IMG/VR virus record: IMGVR_UViG_3300034073_005389
Span: 186,001-250,000 of that record
DNA length: 64,000 nucleotides
Reading direction: 5' to 3' (one strand)
Positions 27,250-37,021 of the stretch are shown piece after piece. The number at the start of each line of letters is the position of its first letter. Position 1 is the first letter of the stretch. The notes under the pieces are model-generated. The model had not been told where the DNA came from. It saw only the letters and a program-made list of their open reading frames with translations, and did not search any database. The translations under genes were made by a program, and so were the position numbers.

Positions 27250-27501
27250 TTATTTGCCATACATTTTAGTAGATCCTTGCTTATATAATTTTTGCAATTC
27301 TCCGGTACTACAAATATGGTTAATTTTTTCATCAATCTCTTGAATTAAGTCATTTCTTTGTTGATTGGCAATATTTGTTAATTTTGTGGCATCTGCGATT
27401 TGTTTATCAGAAGCGCTTTTATCCCTCTTTATATCTTCTGCCATCCAAATTCTAATATTTACTACTGTTAGTTTATCAATTAAATTGCCTATTGTATCCA
27501 T
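27250..27501 (-). CDS. small DUF4254-like helical protein, copy 1
   Basis: TIGNLIDKL...W..ED..R...NQQRNDLIQEID...KMY. Confidence 0.55.
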   Translation of the reverse strand: MDTIGNLIDKLTVVNIRIWMAEDIKRDKSASDKQIADATKLTNIANQQRNDLIQEIDEKINHICSTGELQKLYKQGSTKMYGK

Positions 27502-27508
27502 AATTACC

Positions 27509-28297
27509 TCAAATTTTGCATTTTAATATATCCTCTTGAGTATCATTTAACAATTTATTATAATTATAATTGTTTTTTACATCAGCCATAATCAATTTTT
27601 GATTATTTAAAATCTCAGTAGAATTTTCTTGAACAAAATAAAAAAAATCTAAATTATTTATATTGTACAAATCTTGTATAAATTCTCTTACGTTAAAAAG
27701 TCTACCAGCTCCTACAATAGAATCGCTTTTTGCCTTTATACTTTCTTCTACAATAAATTTAGTATGAACCATATCTCGATAAAAATTTAAATTATTTACT
27801 TGTATTTTCTTTTTATTTAAAATTGAATCAAATATTTTACCAAATAAAAAATATTGAGATCTATGAACTGAATTAAAATAAAATGGGTGAATAAATAAAA
27901 TTTTATTGTATCTAATGTCAAACTTTTGAAGCTCTTTTATTTTATTAAATAATAATAATTTTGATAAGATATATTCATTATTTAATGGATAAAAATTTGG
28001 AAGAGTGCTTAAAGATATTTTTCCAGATAAGTTATTCCACAACTCACATGTAGTATAACAAATTATCTTATTACAATTTTCAATTAAAGAATTAATTATT
28101 TTTAATGTATACAAATAATTAGGACTAATATAGTCAATATTATTTTCGTAAATTCTTTGCTCTGCAAAAGTAATATAAACTGAATTATATTCAGTATTTT
28201 TTAATAACTTAAAATCAATATCTCTAGAAGATATTTTAACATAGTCTTCAGGAAAATATTTTGATAATTGAGATGTATTACCAATTACTAAATTCAT
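27509..28297 (-). CDS. divergent NAD-dependent epimerase/dehydratase (extended SDR)
   Basis: Degenerate Gly motif VIGNTSQLS, TTCE, YILSK (YxxxK), YRDMVH, VGAG. Confidence 0.6.
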   Translation of the reverse strand: MNLVIGNTSQLSKYFPEDYVKISSRDIDFKLLKNTEYNSVYITFAEQRIYENNIDYISPNYLYTLKIINSLIENCNKIICYTTCELWNNLSGKISLSTLPNFYPLNNEYILSKLLLFNKIKELQKFDIRYNKILFIHPFYFNSVHRSQYFLFGKIFDSILNKKKIQVNNLNFYRDMVHTKFIVEESIKAKSDSIVGAGRLFNVREFIQDLYNINNLDFFYFVQENSTEILNNQKLIMADVKNNYNYNKLLNDTQEDILKCKI

Positions 28298-28899
28298 TTT
28301 TTTATTTTAAAAATATAATTATATTTTATTTTATTTACTAACTCATAACCAATAGACTTCATATATGTCTCATATTCTGGTAAATATAAATAATTTTCTA
28401 ACAAAATTATTTCAGGCTGATATTTTTTAGTATCAAATCCTTTCATTACTTCCAATTCCCATCCCTCTGTATCAATTGATACAAAATCAACTTTTTCTAC
28501 TTTTATTTTATCTAATAAAGTATTTAATTTTAAAATTTGAACTTTTATTTCTTTAATTTTATGTGATCCTTTTAAAGGATATTTAAGATCAATTGCAGAA
28601 TAACTAATACCATTTGCATGTTGCGGCCATCCAGTCTCTACAATTTTAAATGAAGATAATTTTTCTTCATTAGCGCAAGCAAATTGGTAAATTTCATTTC
28701 CGGCTTTCTTATGGCTTTCAACAAATTTAGGATTAGGATCGATGCAAATACATCTCCAACCATGATCTCTAAAATGCTTTGACATGCTAAAAAAATCAAC
28801 TGGACCAGCACCAACTTCAACCATAACTTTTTTTTCTAAAAAATTAGGAAAAAAATTTTCTCTGATATATTTATCTGTTTCTAATTCGGCGTAATACAT
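28294..28899 (-). CDS. FkbM family methyltransferase
   Basis: VEVGAG, IDPNP, DFVSIDTEGWELEVMKG. Confidence 0.88.
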   Translation of the reverse strand: MYYAELETDKYIRENFFPNFLEKKVMVEVGAGPVDFFSMSKHFRDHGWRCICIDPNPKFVESHKKAGNEIYQFACANEEKLSSFKIVETGWPQHANGISYSAIDLKYPLKGSHKIKEIKVQILKLNTLLDKIKVEKVDFVSIDTEGWELEVMKGFDTKKYQPEIILLENYLYLPEYETYMKSIGYELVNKIKYNYIFKIKK

Positions 28900-28905
28900 A
28901 AATTC

Positions 28906-30123
28906 CTAAAAACTTATAATTTCAAAATTGGGGCAAGGAACAATAAACTTACCACCATTGGCTAGATAATCTATTTCTCTATGATAAAATTCATTTATAA
29001 AATGCCAGGGTAGTACTAATAAATAGTCTGGCTTTTTTTTACGCATCTCATCTTCAGAATATATAGGAATATTAGTTCCAACAGTTTTTAAACCAAATTT
29101 ATAAACACTTCTTTCAGCAATTCCATCTATTAAAGTATGATCTAATCCAAAATACTGTAACAAAGTATTGCCTTTAGTAGATGCGCCATATCCCCAAATT
29201 ACTTTTCCCTTTTCTTTTTCTTTTTTTATAAAATTTACAGTTTTTTCTTTTAATTTATTAATTTTAATAAAAAAATTTTTCCAAGTATCAATAGAATTTA
29301 AATTTAATTTTTCTTCGTGTAAAAGTAAAGATTTGATTCTAAAATCACAAACATCTCTATAAGGTTGAGTGGCAAAAGTTTTTTCGTTTCCAACATCTTT
29401 CATTACATAAACTCTAAATGATCCGCCATTTGTATCGTTTAAATGACAATCAACAATTTTAAATTTATTTTTTTCTAAAAGATTTTTTAAATTAAATAAA
29501 GAATAATAATAAATATGTTCATGGCAAATATTATCAAACGCTAGTTGAGATAACATTAATGGAGTGTAACTTAATTGCAGCACCCATAAACCATCATCAT
29601 CTAAAACATCATATATATCTTTGACAAAAGAGTTGGGATCTTCTAAATCGTAAAACATAGCAATTGATGTAATAATTTTGGGTTTTAGATTACCGTATTT
29701 GCTATTTTTAAAATTAAAAGAAGTAAAATAATTTTGAATTATTACATCAGCATGTTTTGATGACTCTTTTACGAAAGATTCATCGGCAGGGTCTATGCCA
29801 ATTTTTATTAAATAATCTGGTAAAAAACTTAACAAAGTACCATCATTGCATGCAATATCTAACCAAACATCATTTTCTTTTAATTTTTTTACTTTTAAAA
29901 TAGATTCAGTAATGTCTTTTAATTCTTCTTTCATTGAATTATTTGTACCAGACCTATACCAATATTTGCCATACATTGTTTCTAGCGGTGCTGATTTTTC
30001 TAACCTAACCAACCCATCCTCAAGCATAACAAGTTTCATTTCAACTTTGTCACCTCTAGGCAGCTCATCATTTTTAATGAAATCAGAAACATAAAGGCTT
30101 CCCAAACTAAATAAATCTTTCAT
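28906..30123 (-). CDS. NDP-hexose C-methyltransferase (TcaB9/EryBIII-like)
   Basis: YWYRSG, LDIACNDGTLL, SIAMFYD, CHEHIYYYS, GGSFRV, GYGASTKGNTLL, PDYLLVLPWHF. Confidence 0.88.
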   Translation of the reverse strand: MKDLFSLGSLYVSDFIKNDELPRGDKVEMKLVMLEDGLVRLEKSAPLETMYGKYWYRSGTNNSMKEELKDITESILKVKKLKENDVWLDIACNDGTLLSFLPDYLIKIGIDPADESFVKESSKHADVIIQNYFTSFNFKNSKYGNLKPKIITSIAMFYDLEDPNSFVKDIYDVLDDDGLWVLQLSYTPLMLSQLAFDNICHEHIYYYSLFNLKNLLEKNKFKIVDCHLNDTNGGSFRVYVMKDVGNEKTFATQPYRDVCDFRIKSLLLHEEKLNLNSIDTWKNFFIKINKLKEKTVNFIKKEKEKGKVIWGYGASTKGNTLLQYFGLDHTLIDGIAERSVYKFGLKTVGTNIPIYSEDEMRKKKPDYLLVLPWHFINEFYHREIDYLANGGKFIVPCPNFEIISF

Positions 30124-30125
30124 TA

Positions 30126-30758
30126 TTAACCTCTAATATAAAAATCATTTACTTCTACTCTTTTATCTTTTTTCCAGCCCTTTTCTTTCAAAAAAGATTC
30201 AATAAAAGGCTCATTAAAATTATTCTCTATTACCATAAGTTTTGTATTATATTTATTTACATCAAAAGATTTTAGTACATCTAATTCATTTCCTTCAGTA
30301 TCTATAGAGATAAAATCTATTACTTTATGATTAAAGTGATTTGTTATGCACCAATCTAATCTTCTTGATTTTACTTTAATATCTTTTTTTTGTGGCTGTA
30401 ATCCTAATTTTTCATGACTAAGAATCAGTCTGTCATCAATTTCTAATCCGCTAATAGAAGATTGGTTTGCGGTTTTCATGGTAACAACAGTGAAATTAAC
30501 ATCATCTATATTTTTACTAGAAACAGCATAGTTAATAGCATTTTTTCTGTTCTTTTTTAGAGAGATAAAGTAATGTGGATTTGGCTCAATGCATAGCGCA
30601 TTCCACCCATTTTTTTCAAAATGCAATGTATTAGAAATAAAAATTCCGTCTACAGCACCAACTTCAATACAATTACCTGTTTTTTGATTGGGAAAATAAT
30701 TTTTTATTATTTTGTCAATTGGAGGATTAAATTGACCATGAAATTTAGTATATATCAT
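30126..30758 (-). CDS. FkbM family methyltransferase
   Basis: IEVGAVDG..SNT..FE..GW..LCIEPNP, DFISIDTEGNE. Confidence 0.88.
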   Translation of the reverse strand: MIYTKFHGQFNPPIDKIIKNYFPNQKTGNCIEVGAVDGIFISNTLHFEKNGWNALCIEPNPHYFISLKKNRKNAINYAVSSKNIDDVNFTVVTMKTANQSSISGLEIDDRLILSHEKLGLQPQKKDIKVKSRRLDWCITNHFNHKVIDFISIDTEGNELDVLKSFDVNKYNTKLMVIENNFNEPFIESFLKEKGWKKDKRVEVNDFYIRG

Positions 30759-30763
30759 TTTAC

Positions 30764-31672
30764 CTACATATTATTTTTAATTATGTTAAAAACATTTTCT
30801 AAGTTTGTTTCGTTTGATTGTATAATTTTTGCCTTATATTTAATATTTTTTTTACCCCAATCACCAAGATAAAAATCTCCTACACCGGATTTAGACAAAT
30901 TTGAAAAAGTAATCATTTTCTTATTAGGATTGTCAAAATTTTCTCTTACCATAGAAAAAGAAAATGGTCCAGAGGCTCTGCCAATAATTGTATCACATTT
31001 TAAACTTAAATAGGAAATTTCATTTAAATCTGAACCTGATTTTTTATTTATTATTTCTGAAGTAAAAAAAATATTTTTATTTTTTTTACTTAAATCATTA
31101 GTAACAATAAAATTAAAATTTGGATATTGAGAAGATAATTTTAAAATAATATTAGTAAAATCAAAATTTGATGCTTGATTTGACATAGCCAATCCATTAC
31201 ATATTAAAATATTTTTTTTATTTTTAAATTGATCATAAAATTGATCAATTTTACTAATTTCAAAAAAATTATAATTAATTTGTGGCAAAATGTCTAAAGG
31301 ATTAGCAAAAACATTTTCTATTTTTAGATTAAATTTTAAAAAAATATCTTTAAAAAGAAAATATAGGCAATCAAAAGTAATTCCATGTTTTTTTATATAC
31401 TTACTATTATCAGCAGAAAACCAAGTATTAATATAATTGTCATCATTATATTTTACAAATAAACTAGTATGAGGGACTTTTTTTCTAATTTCTTTTCCAT
31501 CATTTAATTTTAAATGACTTATATTGGGTAAATCTGCTAATAGGCAAGAATCATTTTTATGAAAATAAAAAAAATTATTTGAAGAAATTAATTTAGACAT
31601 AGCAGAAATAAAATTTCTAGAAATATGAATATCTCCATTTCTGCAATAATTATAAAATATAATTTTACTCAT
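30764..31672 (-). CDS. GT9-like glycosyltransferase, family A copy 2
   Basis: Same NGDIHISR and DLNEISYLSLKCD.IIGRASGP blocks as 26345. Confidence 0.55.
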   Translation of the reverse strand: MSKIIFYNYCRNGDIHISRNFISAMSKLISSNNFFYFHKNDSCLLADLPNISHLKLNDGKEIRKKVPHTSLFVKYNDDNYINTWFSADNSKYIKKHGITFDCLYFLFKDIFLKFNLKIENVFANPLDILPQINYNFFEISKIDQFYDQFKNKKNILICNGLAMSNQASNFDFTNIILKLSSQYPNFNFIVTNDLSKKNKNIFFTSEIINKKSGSDLNEISYLSLKCDTIIGRASGPFSFSMVRENFDNPNKKMITFSNLSKSGVGDFYLGDWGKKNIKYKAKIIQSNETNLENVFNIIKNNM

Positions 31673-31691
31673 TTATTATAATGGATTAATA

Positions 31692-32789
31692 TTATATTAA
31701 TTTACTATAATCTTTTACAGATTTTATAATAAAATTTATTTCGTTATTAGACAAATCTGGAAAACTAGGAAGAATAATACATTCTTTATTTAGAATTTTT
31801 GCGTTAGTTTCTGAATTTATTTGTATTCTATTATTACTTAATAAGTGATGATGGGTTGACGCTGGATAAAACATAGGTCTAATTTCTATATTTTTAGATT
31901 TAAAAAATGATTCTACTTTTTCATAAGAGTAGTTTCCGGCAATTCTAATTCCAAACATCCAATTAGAGTGAAAAGTATTTTCAGACTCTTCTTGAAGCAT
32001 AATATTATTAATATTGCTAAGCTCTTTTTTATATTTAAAAAATAAATTTTTCTTTTTTTCTAAAATCTCATCTAAAATCTCTAATTGCCCTAATAATATA
32101 GCAGCCTGAATGTTTGTAATTCGATAATTATAGCCTAATTCAGAATGAATAAACCTTGTGCTAGATTGCCCTTGTCCATGAACACATTTTATATATTGAA
32201 AAACATCATCATCATTGATGATAACGGCGCCACCTTCGCCAGAAGTTATATTTTTATTGCCAAAAAAAGAAATAGAAGAAGCAAAAGATTCTGTACCAGA
32301 ATATTTATTATTATATTTTCCAAATAATCCTTCACAATTATCTTCTACATAGACTAAATCTGGGTATTTTTCTTTTAAATTTGGAACATTAATTATATTC
32401 CCAAGGTTATGAACAACTAATAATGCATGATCTTTTTTATTTTTTATTTTAGATTCATCAATATTCCAGGTATTTAAATTAGCATCGATAGTTTGAATTT
32501 TATAATTTTTATCAAATAAAAAACTATTCCATGCAGCTACATATACATTATTTGGTGCCGTAATGTTTTTAATTTGCGGATATTTTTTATGCAGTGCTTT
32601 TGCTACAAGATGAGTTGCACTAGTTCCATTATTTACTAATAATAAATTTTTTACATTTAAAATTTCTTTTAATTTTTCTGTTGCTAAATCTATATATTTA
32701 CCTTGAGAAGATACCCAGGTAGAATCTAATGCATCATGTGCATAACGTAAAGATTTTTTAGTAAAAAATGGCTTATAAACTGGAATCAT
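31692..32789 (-). CDS. DegT/DnrJ/EryC1/StrS PLP aminotransferase (perosamine synthase-like)
   Basis: WVSSQG.YI, NGTSATHL, VEDNCE, SFFGNKNITSGEGG (PLP Lys), GYNYRITNIQAA, LPS. Confidence 0.92.
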   Translation of the reverse strand: MIPVYKPFFTKKSLRYAHDALDSTWVSSQGKYIDLATEKLKEILNVKNLLLVNNGTSATHLVAKALHKKYPQIKNITAPNNVYVAAWNSFLFDKNYKIQTIDANLNTWNIDESKIKNKKDHALLVVHNLGNIINVPNLKEKYPDLVYVEDNCEGLFGKYNNKYSGTESFASSISFFGNKNITSGEGGAVIINDDDVFQYIKCVHGQGQSSTRFIHSELGYNYRITNIQAAILLGQLEILDEILEKKKNLFFKYKKELSNINNIMLQEESENTFHSNWMFGIRIAGNYSYEKVESFFKSKNIEIRPMFYPASTHHHLLSNNRIQINSETNAKILNKECIILPSFPDLSNNEINFIIKSVKDYSKLI

Positions 32790-32803
32790 GATTTACCTAA
32801 AAA

Positions 32804-33112
32804 TTAATACGTTTTGTGTGATCTTTGTAAAAATTTACCATTATCTAATTCTTCGCCAGTCTGTAATGCTTTCATCATTTCAATTAATTTTGAATCAATT
32901 TCGTTAATTAACTGATTTCTTTGAACATTTAAATCACAAGCTTTTTTTAACACTTCCCATAATTTTTTTGCACCATCTTCAGAATCAAAATATTTTAATT
33001 TGTACTCATCAAAAGACATTCTTCTGATTTCATACAATAGCTCTTGATTGTTCCACATTTTCATATCTACAGTGCATAGTTTGTCAACTAAATTTCCAAG
33101 CGTATCAGACAT
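32804..33112 (-). CDS. small DUF4254-like helical protein, copy 2
   Basis: TLGNLVDKL...W..QE...NVQRNQLINEID...HKTY, paralog of 27250. Confidence 0.55.
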   Translation of the reverse strand: MSDTLGNLVDKLCTVDMKMWNNQELLYEIRRMSFDEYKLKYFDSEDGAKKLWEVLKKACDLNVQRNQLINEIDSKLIEMMKALQTGEELDNGKFLQRSHKTY

Positions 33113-33521
33113 TCTTGCTCCATTTCATTATAAATAATGATTCTTTTTCCTCTATAACAAAGAAATTATATTTTTTATATAAATTAATTGCTTTATAATT
33201 ATCTTTATCTACAGTTAGATAGATGTCTATGATGCCTAACACTTTAGATATATTAATCAGTATATCAATGCAGTAAGATCCTAAATGCTTACCAATATAA
33301 CTATCAGAAACTAAAATGCCCAGCCAAATCTTATTATTTTCTTCTTCTAAATGACAATAAGCTGCTGGAATATTATTTTCTAATATAATAAAAGACTGCA
33401 AGTGAGATTGCGTAATCTCTAGACGCCTAGTATTAAAATATCTAAATTTTTTAATACCCTCTTTAGAAGAGTTTAACAAACTAGACAGTAACTGCACATC
33501 AGTTCTTACAATCTTTCTCAT
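33105..33521 (-). CDS. GNAT family N-acetyltransferase
   Basis: WLGILV..SYIGKHLG, IYLTVDKDNYKAINLYKKYNF. Confidence 0.88.
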   Translation of the reverse strand: MRKIVRTDVQLLSSLLNSSKEGIKKFRYFNTRRLEITQSHLQSFIILENNIPAAYCHLEEENNKIWLGILVSDSYIGKHLGSYCIDILINISKVLGIIDIYLTVDKDNYKAINLYKKYNFFVIEEKESLFIMKWSKNV

Positions 33522-33524
33522 ACT

Positions 33525-34088
33525 TTATTTTCTTTTTAAGACGGCAAGCCTGTCAACAACTTCTACTAAAACCCACTTATCATATTTATTGCCTTCTAAA
33601 TACTTTTTAATATAAGTGCCTCTACCAAAAGTCCAATCATGGCACAATACATATGTACCTGTTTTTGAAAAATCTGATTCTATTTTTTTAAAATGAAATA
33701 AATTTTCAGATTCTTTCTTCTGAAAGAAAGATCCTTCTCCATAGTCTTTACCAGGAACAACCCAAGCAGAGTTTACTAATTTTTCATCACCTGCATCTAA
33801 AAAGTACATATCAGCAATAATTTTTCTGTCAAAAAATTTTAAAGAATCTTCTAAGTTCATTTCTACAATTTTCTTAGTAACATAATCGTTTAAAATTTTT
33901 TTAGCAGAATCAAAATACTCTTTACCTAATTCATAGGTAATTAATTTGCCTTTTTTATTATGCAATAAAGCTTTACAAAACTCTAAACCACTTGTAGCAG
34001 ATTTGCCTGTACCAAATTCAACTATCACATTTGGCTTCAATTTTGTTACATAATTAAATATTGCTTTCTTTTCTATTCCATTTGGCAT
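33525..34088 (-). CDS. class I SAM-dependent methyltransferase
   Basis: IVEFGTG, LITYEL, DSL, DMYFLDAG, LCHDW. Confidence 0.75.
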   Translation of the reverse strand: MPNGIEKKAIFNYVTKLKPNVIVEFGTGKSATSGLEFCKALLHNKKGKLITYELGKEYFDSAKKILNDYVTKKIVEMNLEDSLKFFDRKIIADMYFLDAGDEKLVNSAWVVPGKDYGEGSFFQKKESENLFHFKKIESDFSKTGTYVLCHDWTFGRGTYIKKYLEGNKYDKWVLVEVVDRLAVLKRK

Positions 34089-34101
34089 AATTCCTCTAAA
34101 T

Positions 34102-34938
34102 TTATTTCTTATTTAAATTTTTTAACAGTCTTTCTTTATTAATGTAATCTGGTAGATTTACACTAAGTTTTTTAATTCCTTTTTTCACTTCTTTGTTTGG
34201 ATGCATTCCAATATCATAACCATAGACTTGATTAGGTTTTACGTTATTTAAATTTACATTCCAACACTGAGTTAAAAAATCTTTTTTATTAGGCAAATAA
34301 GTTAGTTTGTATTTAACTCTACTATCTCCTACATAAGCAAAATGAAAATACCTAGACTCATTATCAAAATATGTTGGAGGATATTGCTTGGTAATGGTGC
34401 AATGACCATAAATATTTCCCTTTTTATGCCTAGCAATTCTACCCCACCCTAATGTCATGGTATCTTGCTTAAGGTCAGCGTTGCAAAAAATATGATCTGC
34501 GTCTTTAAAAAAGACATAATGAGGAAAGTCATATGATTGATGCTTGTCATTTGATGCAAAAAAATCATCTACTTTATCAAATGTTTCTTGAGTAAAGAAT
34601 TCATCAGCATCAGTGCACCAAAAGACATTCATATCATCTTTAACATATTGAGAGCCACGAACAAACATTTGTTTTTTTCCAGCCACTGACATACCAATAT
34701 CTGTTCTTACTCCAGATAAATCTTTATTATCTAATATAATAATCTTTTTTTCTGGATCTGGATATTTTTTTAAAAAATCTAGTGAGCCATCTGTAGAATT
34801 AGAATATGGCGTTTTAGTAACACATAAATCATAAAATATAAGTTGATCAAAATTTTTATACAAAAATGGTAACTTTTCTACTAGAAAAGGATATTCATTA
34901 TAACAAATTTGGAAATGGCAATGTTTTAATTTTTTCAT
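34102..34938 (-). CDS. GT2-like glycosyltransferase
   Basis: CYNEYPFL, STDGS..FL, WCTDADEFF (DxD), HFAY. Confidence 0.7.
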   Translation of the reverse strand: MKKLKHCHFQICYNEYPFLVEKLPFLYKNFDQLIFYDLCVTKTPYSNSTDGSLDFLKKYPDPEKKIIILDNKDLSGVRTDIGMSVAGKKQMFVRGSQYVKDDMNVFWCTDADEFFTQETFDKVDDFFASNDKHQSYDFPHYVFFKDADHIFCNADLKQDTMTLGWGRIARHKKGNIYGHCTITKQYPPTYFDNESRYFHFAYVGDSRVKYKLTYLPNKKDFLTQCWNVNLNNVKPNQVYGYDIGMHPNKEVKKGIKKLSVNLPDYINKERLLKNLNKK

Positions 34939-34943
34939 AATTA

Positions 34944-35507
34944 TTATCTTAAATAAATTGGTTTTAAATGTAAATATGGTCCTGGTACACGATCTTTAGG
35001 CTTATAATCTCTAATTTTAGAGGTATGAAAATGATAAGTTTTGATGGTTAATGAGGGATTAGATATTTTATATCCTGATTCTTTGATCTCATGCGCAACC
35101 CTATTATCACAACCAGGTCTCCCTAAGAAATAATTGCCCACTATTTTTTTTAATGAACCTTTAAAAATCCAAGTATCTTGAGAAAAAACTTTGTCCCAAA
35201 ATTTAATATTAGATGGCGAAAGATAATCCCATCTAGTTAAAGCATACGCTTCCTCATGATCCATTTTTAATGTTAAATTAATTGTATCATCAAAAAATAT
35301 ATCAGAGTTGCATATGATGTTTATGTCATCAGGACCGGTATTCTGATTAATTTTATCAAAATAAAAATCAAAAGTTAATCTATTTTGATGATTAATTAAA
35401 ATTACATTTAAATGTTTATTTTGTAAATTTTTATTTTTACAAAAATCTATTTCATAAGCTCTTTTAGGATCTGGATGTTTAAAATAATTATAATATAAAT
35501 TGATCAT
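34944..35507 (-). CDS. short GT-A-like protein, family B copy 1
   Basis: CNSDIFFD, ALTRWD, SQDTWIF, LG.PGCDNR, KTYH.H.S; paralog of 36461. Confidence 0.55.
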   Translation of the reverse strand: MINLYYNYFKHPDPKRAYEIDFCKNKNLQNKHLNVILINHQNRLTFDFYFDKINQNTGPDDINIICNSDIFFDDTINLTLKMDHEEAYALTRWDYLSPSNIKFWDKVFSQDTWIFKGSLKKIVGNYFLGRPGCDNRVAHEIKESGYKISNPSLTIKTYHFHTSKIRDYKPKDRVPGPYLHLKPIYLR

Positions 35508-35528
35508 ATATTTATATGCAAATATGGT

Positions 35529-36458
35529 TTATTTTTTTATATAATTATTAATTATATTTAAAACTGCAGAATCATTTGTCTCTTTAGACTCAACAATTCT
35601 GGCAGGATATTTTATATTTTTAAGACCCCAATCACCCAGCCAAAAATTCTTACCTCCACTTAACCCAGAAAAAGTCAATAATGTCTTGTTTGGATTTAAA
35701 TAATTTTCTTTACACATAGAAAAAGTGAATGCGCCTGATGCTCTACCAATAACCAAATCGCATTTTAAACTTAAATATGAGGTTTCGTTTAAATCAGAAC
35801 CTTTTGTCTTTTTTATAATATCTGAGGAATAAACCACATTAGGATATGCCCTCCTATCAAAATTAGGATCTTTTTCTTTAAAAGTTAAAATCCATTTTCT
35901 ATTTGGATGCATTTTGGCTAATTTTAAAATAATAGGTGTAAAATTAAAATTTTTAGCCTGACCAGATCTAGCGTGATTATTACAAACTAGAACAGGAGAT
36001 ACTTTATTTTGAGAGTGAAAAGTATCAATATTTTTAATAAATGTAGGGTGCAAATTTTTATAATTAATTGCAGGAAAAAAATAAAAAGGGTCTTTTGATA
36101 TATCTTCTAATTTTAGACCCAATCCCGCATAAATATCTTGAAATATAAAATACAAAGTATCAAAGTTAAATCCATTAGCTTTATTTGAATACTTATAATT
36201 ATTTACTCCATACCAAGTACCAGCATAAAAAGTATTATTTTTAACTATGTGAACATTTTTATTGTCTGCCTGTTTTAACAAATTAGCATCAAATTTTAAA
36301 CCTTTTATATCTTCTAATAGTTTGGGGTCATTTTTATGAGAAAAATATATCTCATATTTATTTCCTAAATGCTTAACAACTTCAGAAATAAAAGTTCTGG
36401 AGATATGAATATCTCCATTATTAAAATGATTAAAGAAAACAATTTTATTATAGCTCAT
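35529..36458 (-). CDS. GT9-like glycosyltransferase, family A copy 3
   Basis: NGDIHISR, DLNETSYLSLKCDLVIGRASG. Confidence 0.55.
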   Translation of the reverse strand: MSYNKIVFFNHFNNGDIHISRTFISEVVKHLGNKYEIYFSHKNDPKLLEDIKGLKFDANLLKQADNKNVHIVKNNTFYAGTWYGVNNYKYSNKANGFNFDTLYFIFQDIYAGLGLKLEDISKDPFYFFPAINYKNLHPTFIKNIDTFHSQNKVSPVLVCNNHARSGQAKNFNFTPIILKLAKMHPNRKWILTFKEKDPNFDRRAYPNVVYSSDIIKKTKGSDLNETSYLSLKCDLVIGRASGAFTFSMCKENYLNPNKTLLTFSGLSGGKNFWLGDWGLKNIKYPARIVESKETNDSAVLNIINNYIKK

Positions 36459-36460
36459 AA

Positions 36461-37021
36461 TTATGTTGGAGAAATTTGTTTATAAGGTCCAGGAACAGTG
36501 TCATGCTTTTTGCTATAATTTCTTATATTAGAAGAATGTACATGATATGTTTTTATTGTTTTACTAGGATTAGATAATCTATATCCCGCTTTTACTATTT
36601 CATAAGCGATCCTATTATCACATCCAGGCATACCTAGAAATATATCGCCATATAAATTAGATCTAATTTTACCTTTAAAAATCCAAGTATCTTGGCTATC
36701 AGGTCTGTTAAACAATTCGGCAGAGCCGTTTGTTTTTAAATCCCATCTGGATAATGCATAACAATCATCTACCGCCATATTCTTACAATTTAAGATTGTA
36801 TCGTCTAAATAAATATCTGAATTACAAACTATATTAATATCATTTGGAAGCGTAACACTATTTATTTTTTTAAAATAATAAGAATATGTTAATCTATCTT
36901 GACTTTCTATTACAATAGTATTTATGTTTTTATTAGATAAATTTTTATTTAAACAAAAATCAATTTCTTTCTGTCTAGCTGGGTTTTTATCTTTATAATA
37001 ATTATAAATTAGATTAATCAT
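36461..37021 (-). CDS. short GT-A-like protein, family B copy 2
   Basis: CNSDIYLD, ALSRWD, SQDTWIF, LGMPGCDNR. Confidence 0.55.
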   Translation of the reverse strand: MINLIYNYYKDKNPARQKEIDFCLNKNLSNKNINTIVIESQDRLTYSYYFKKINSVTLPNDINIVCNSDIYLDDTILNCKNMAVDDCYALSRWDLKTNGSAELFNRPDSQDTWIFKGKIRSNLYGDIFLGMPGCDNRIAYEIVKAGYRLSNPSKTIKTYHVHSSNIRNYSKKHDTVPGPYKQISPT

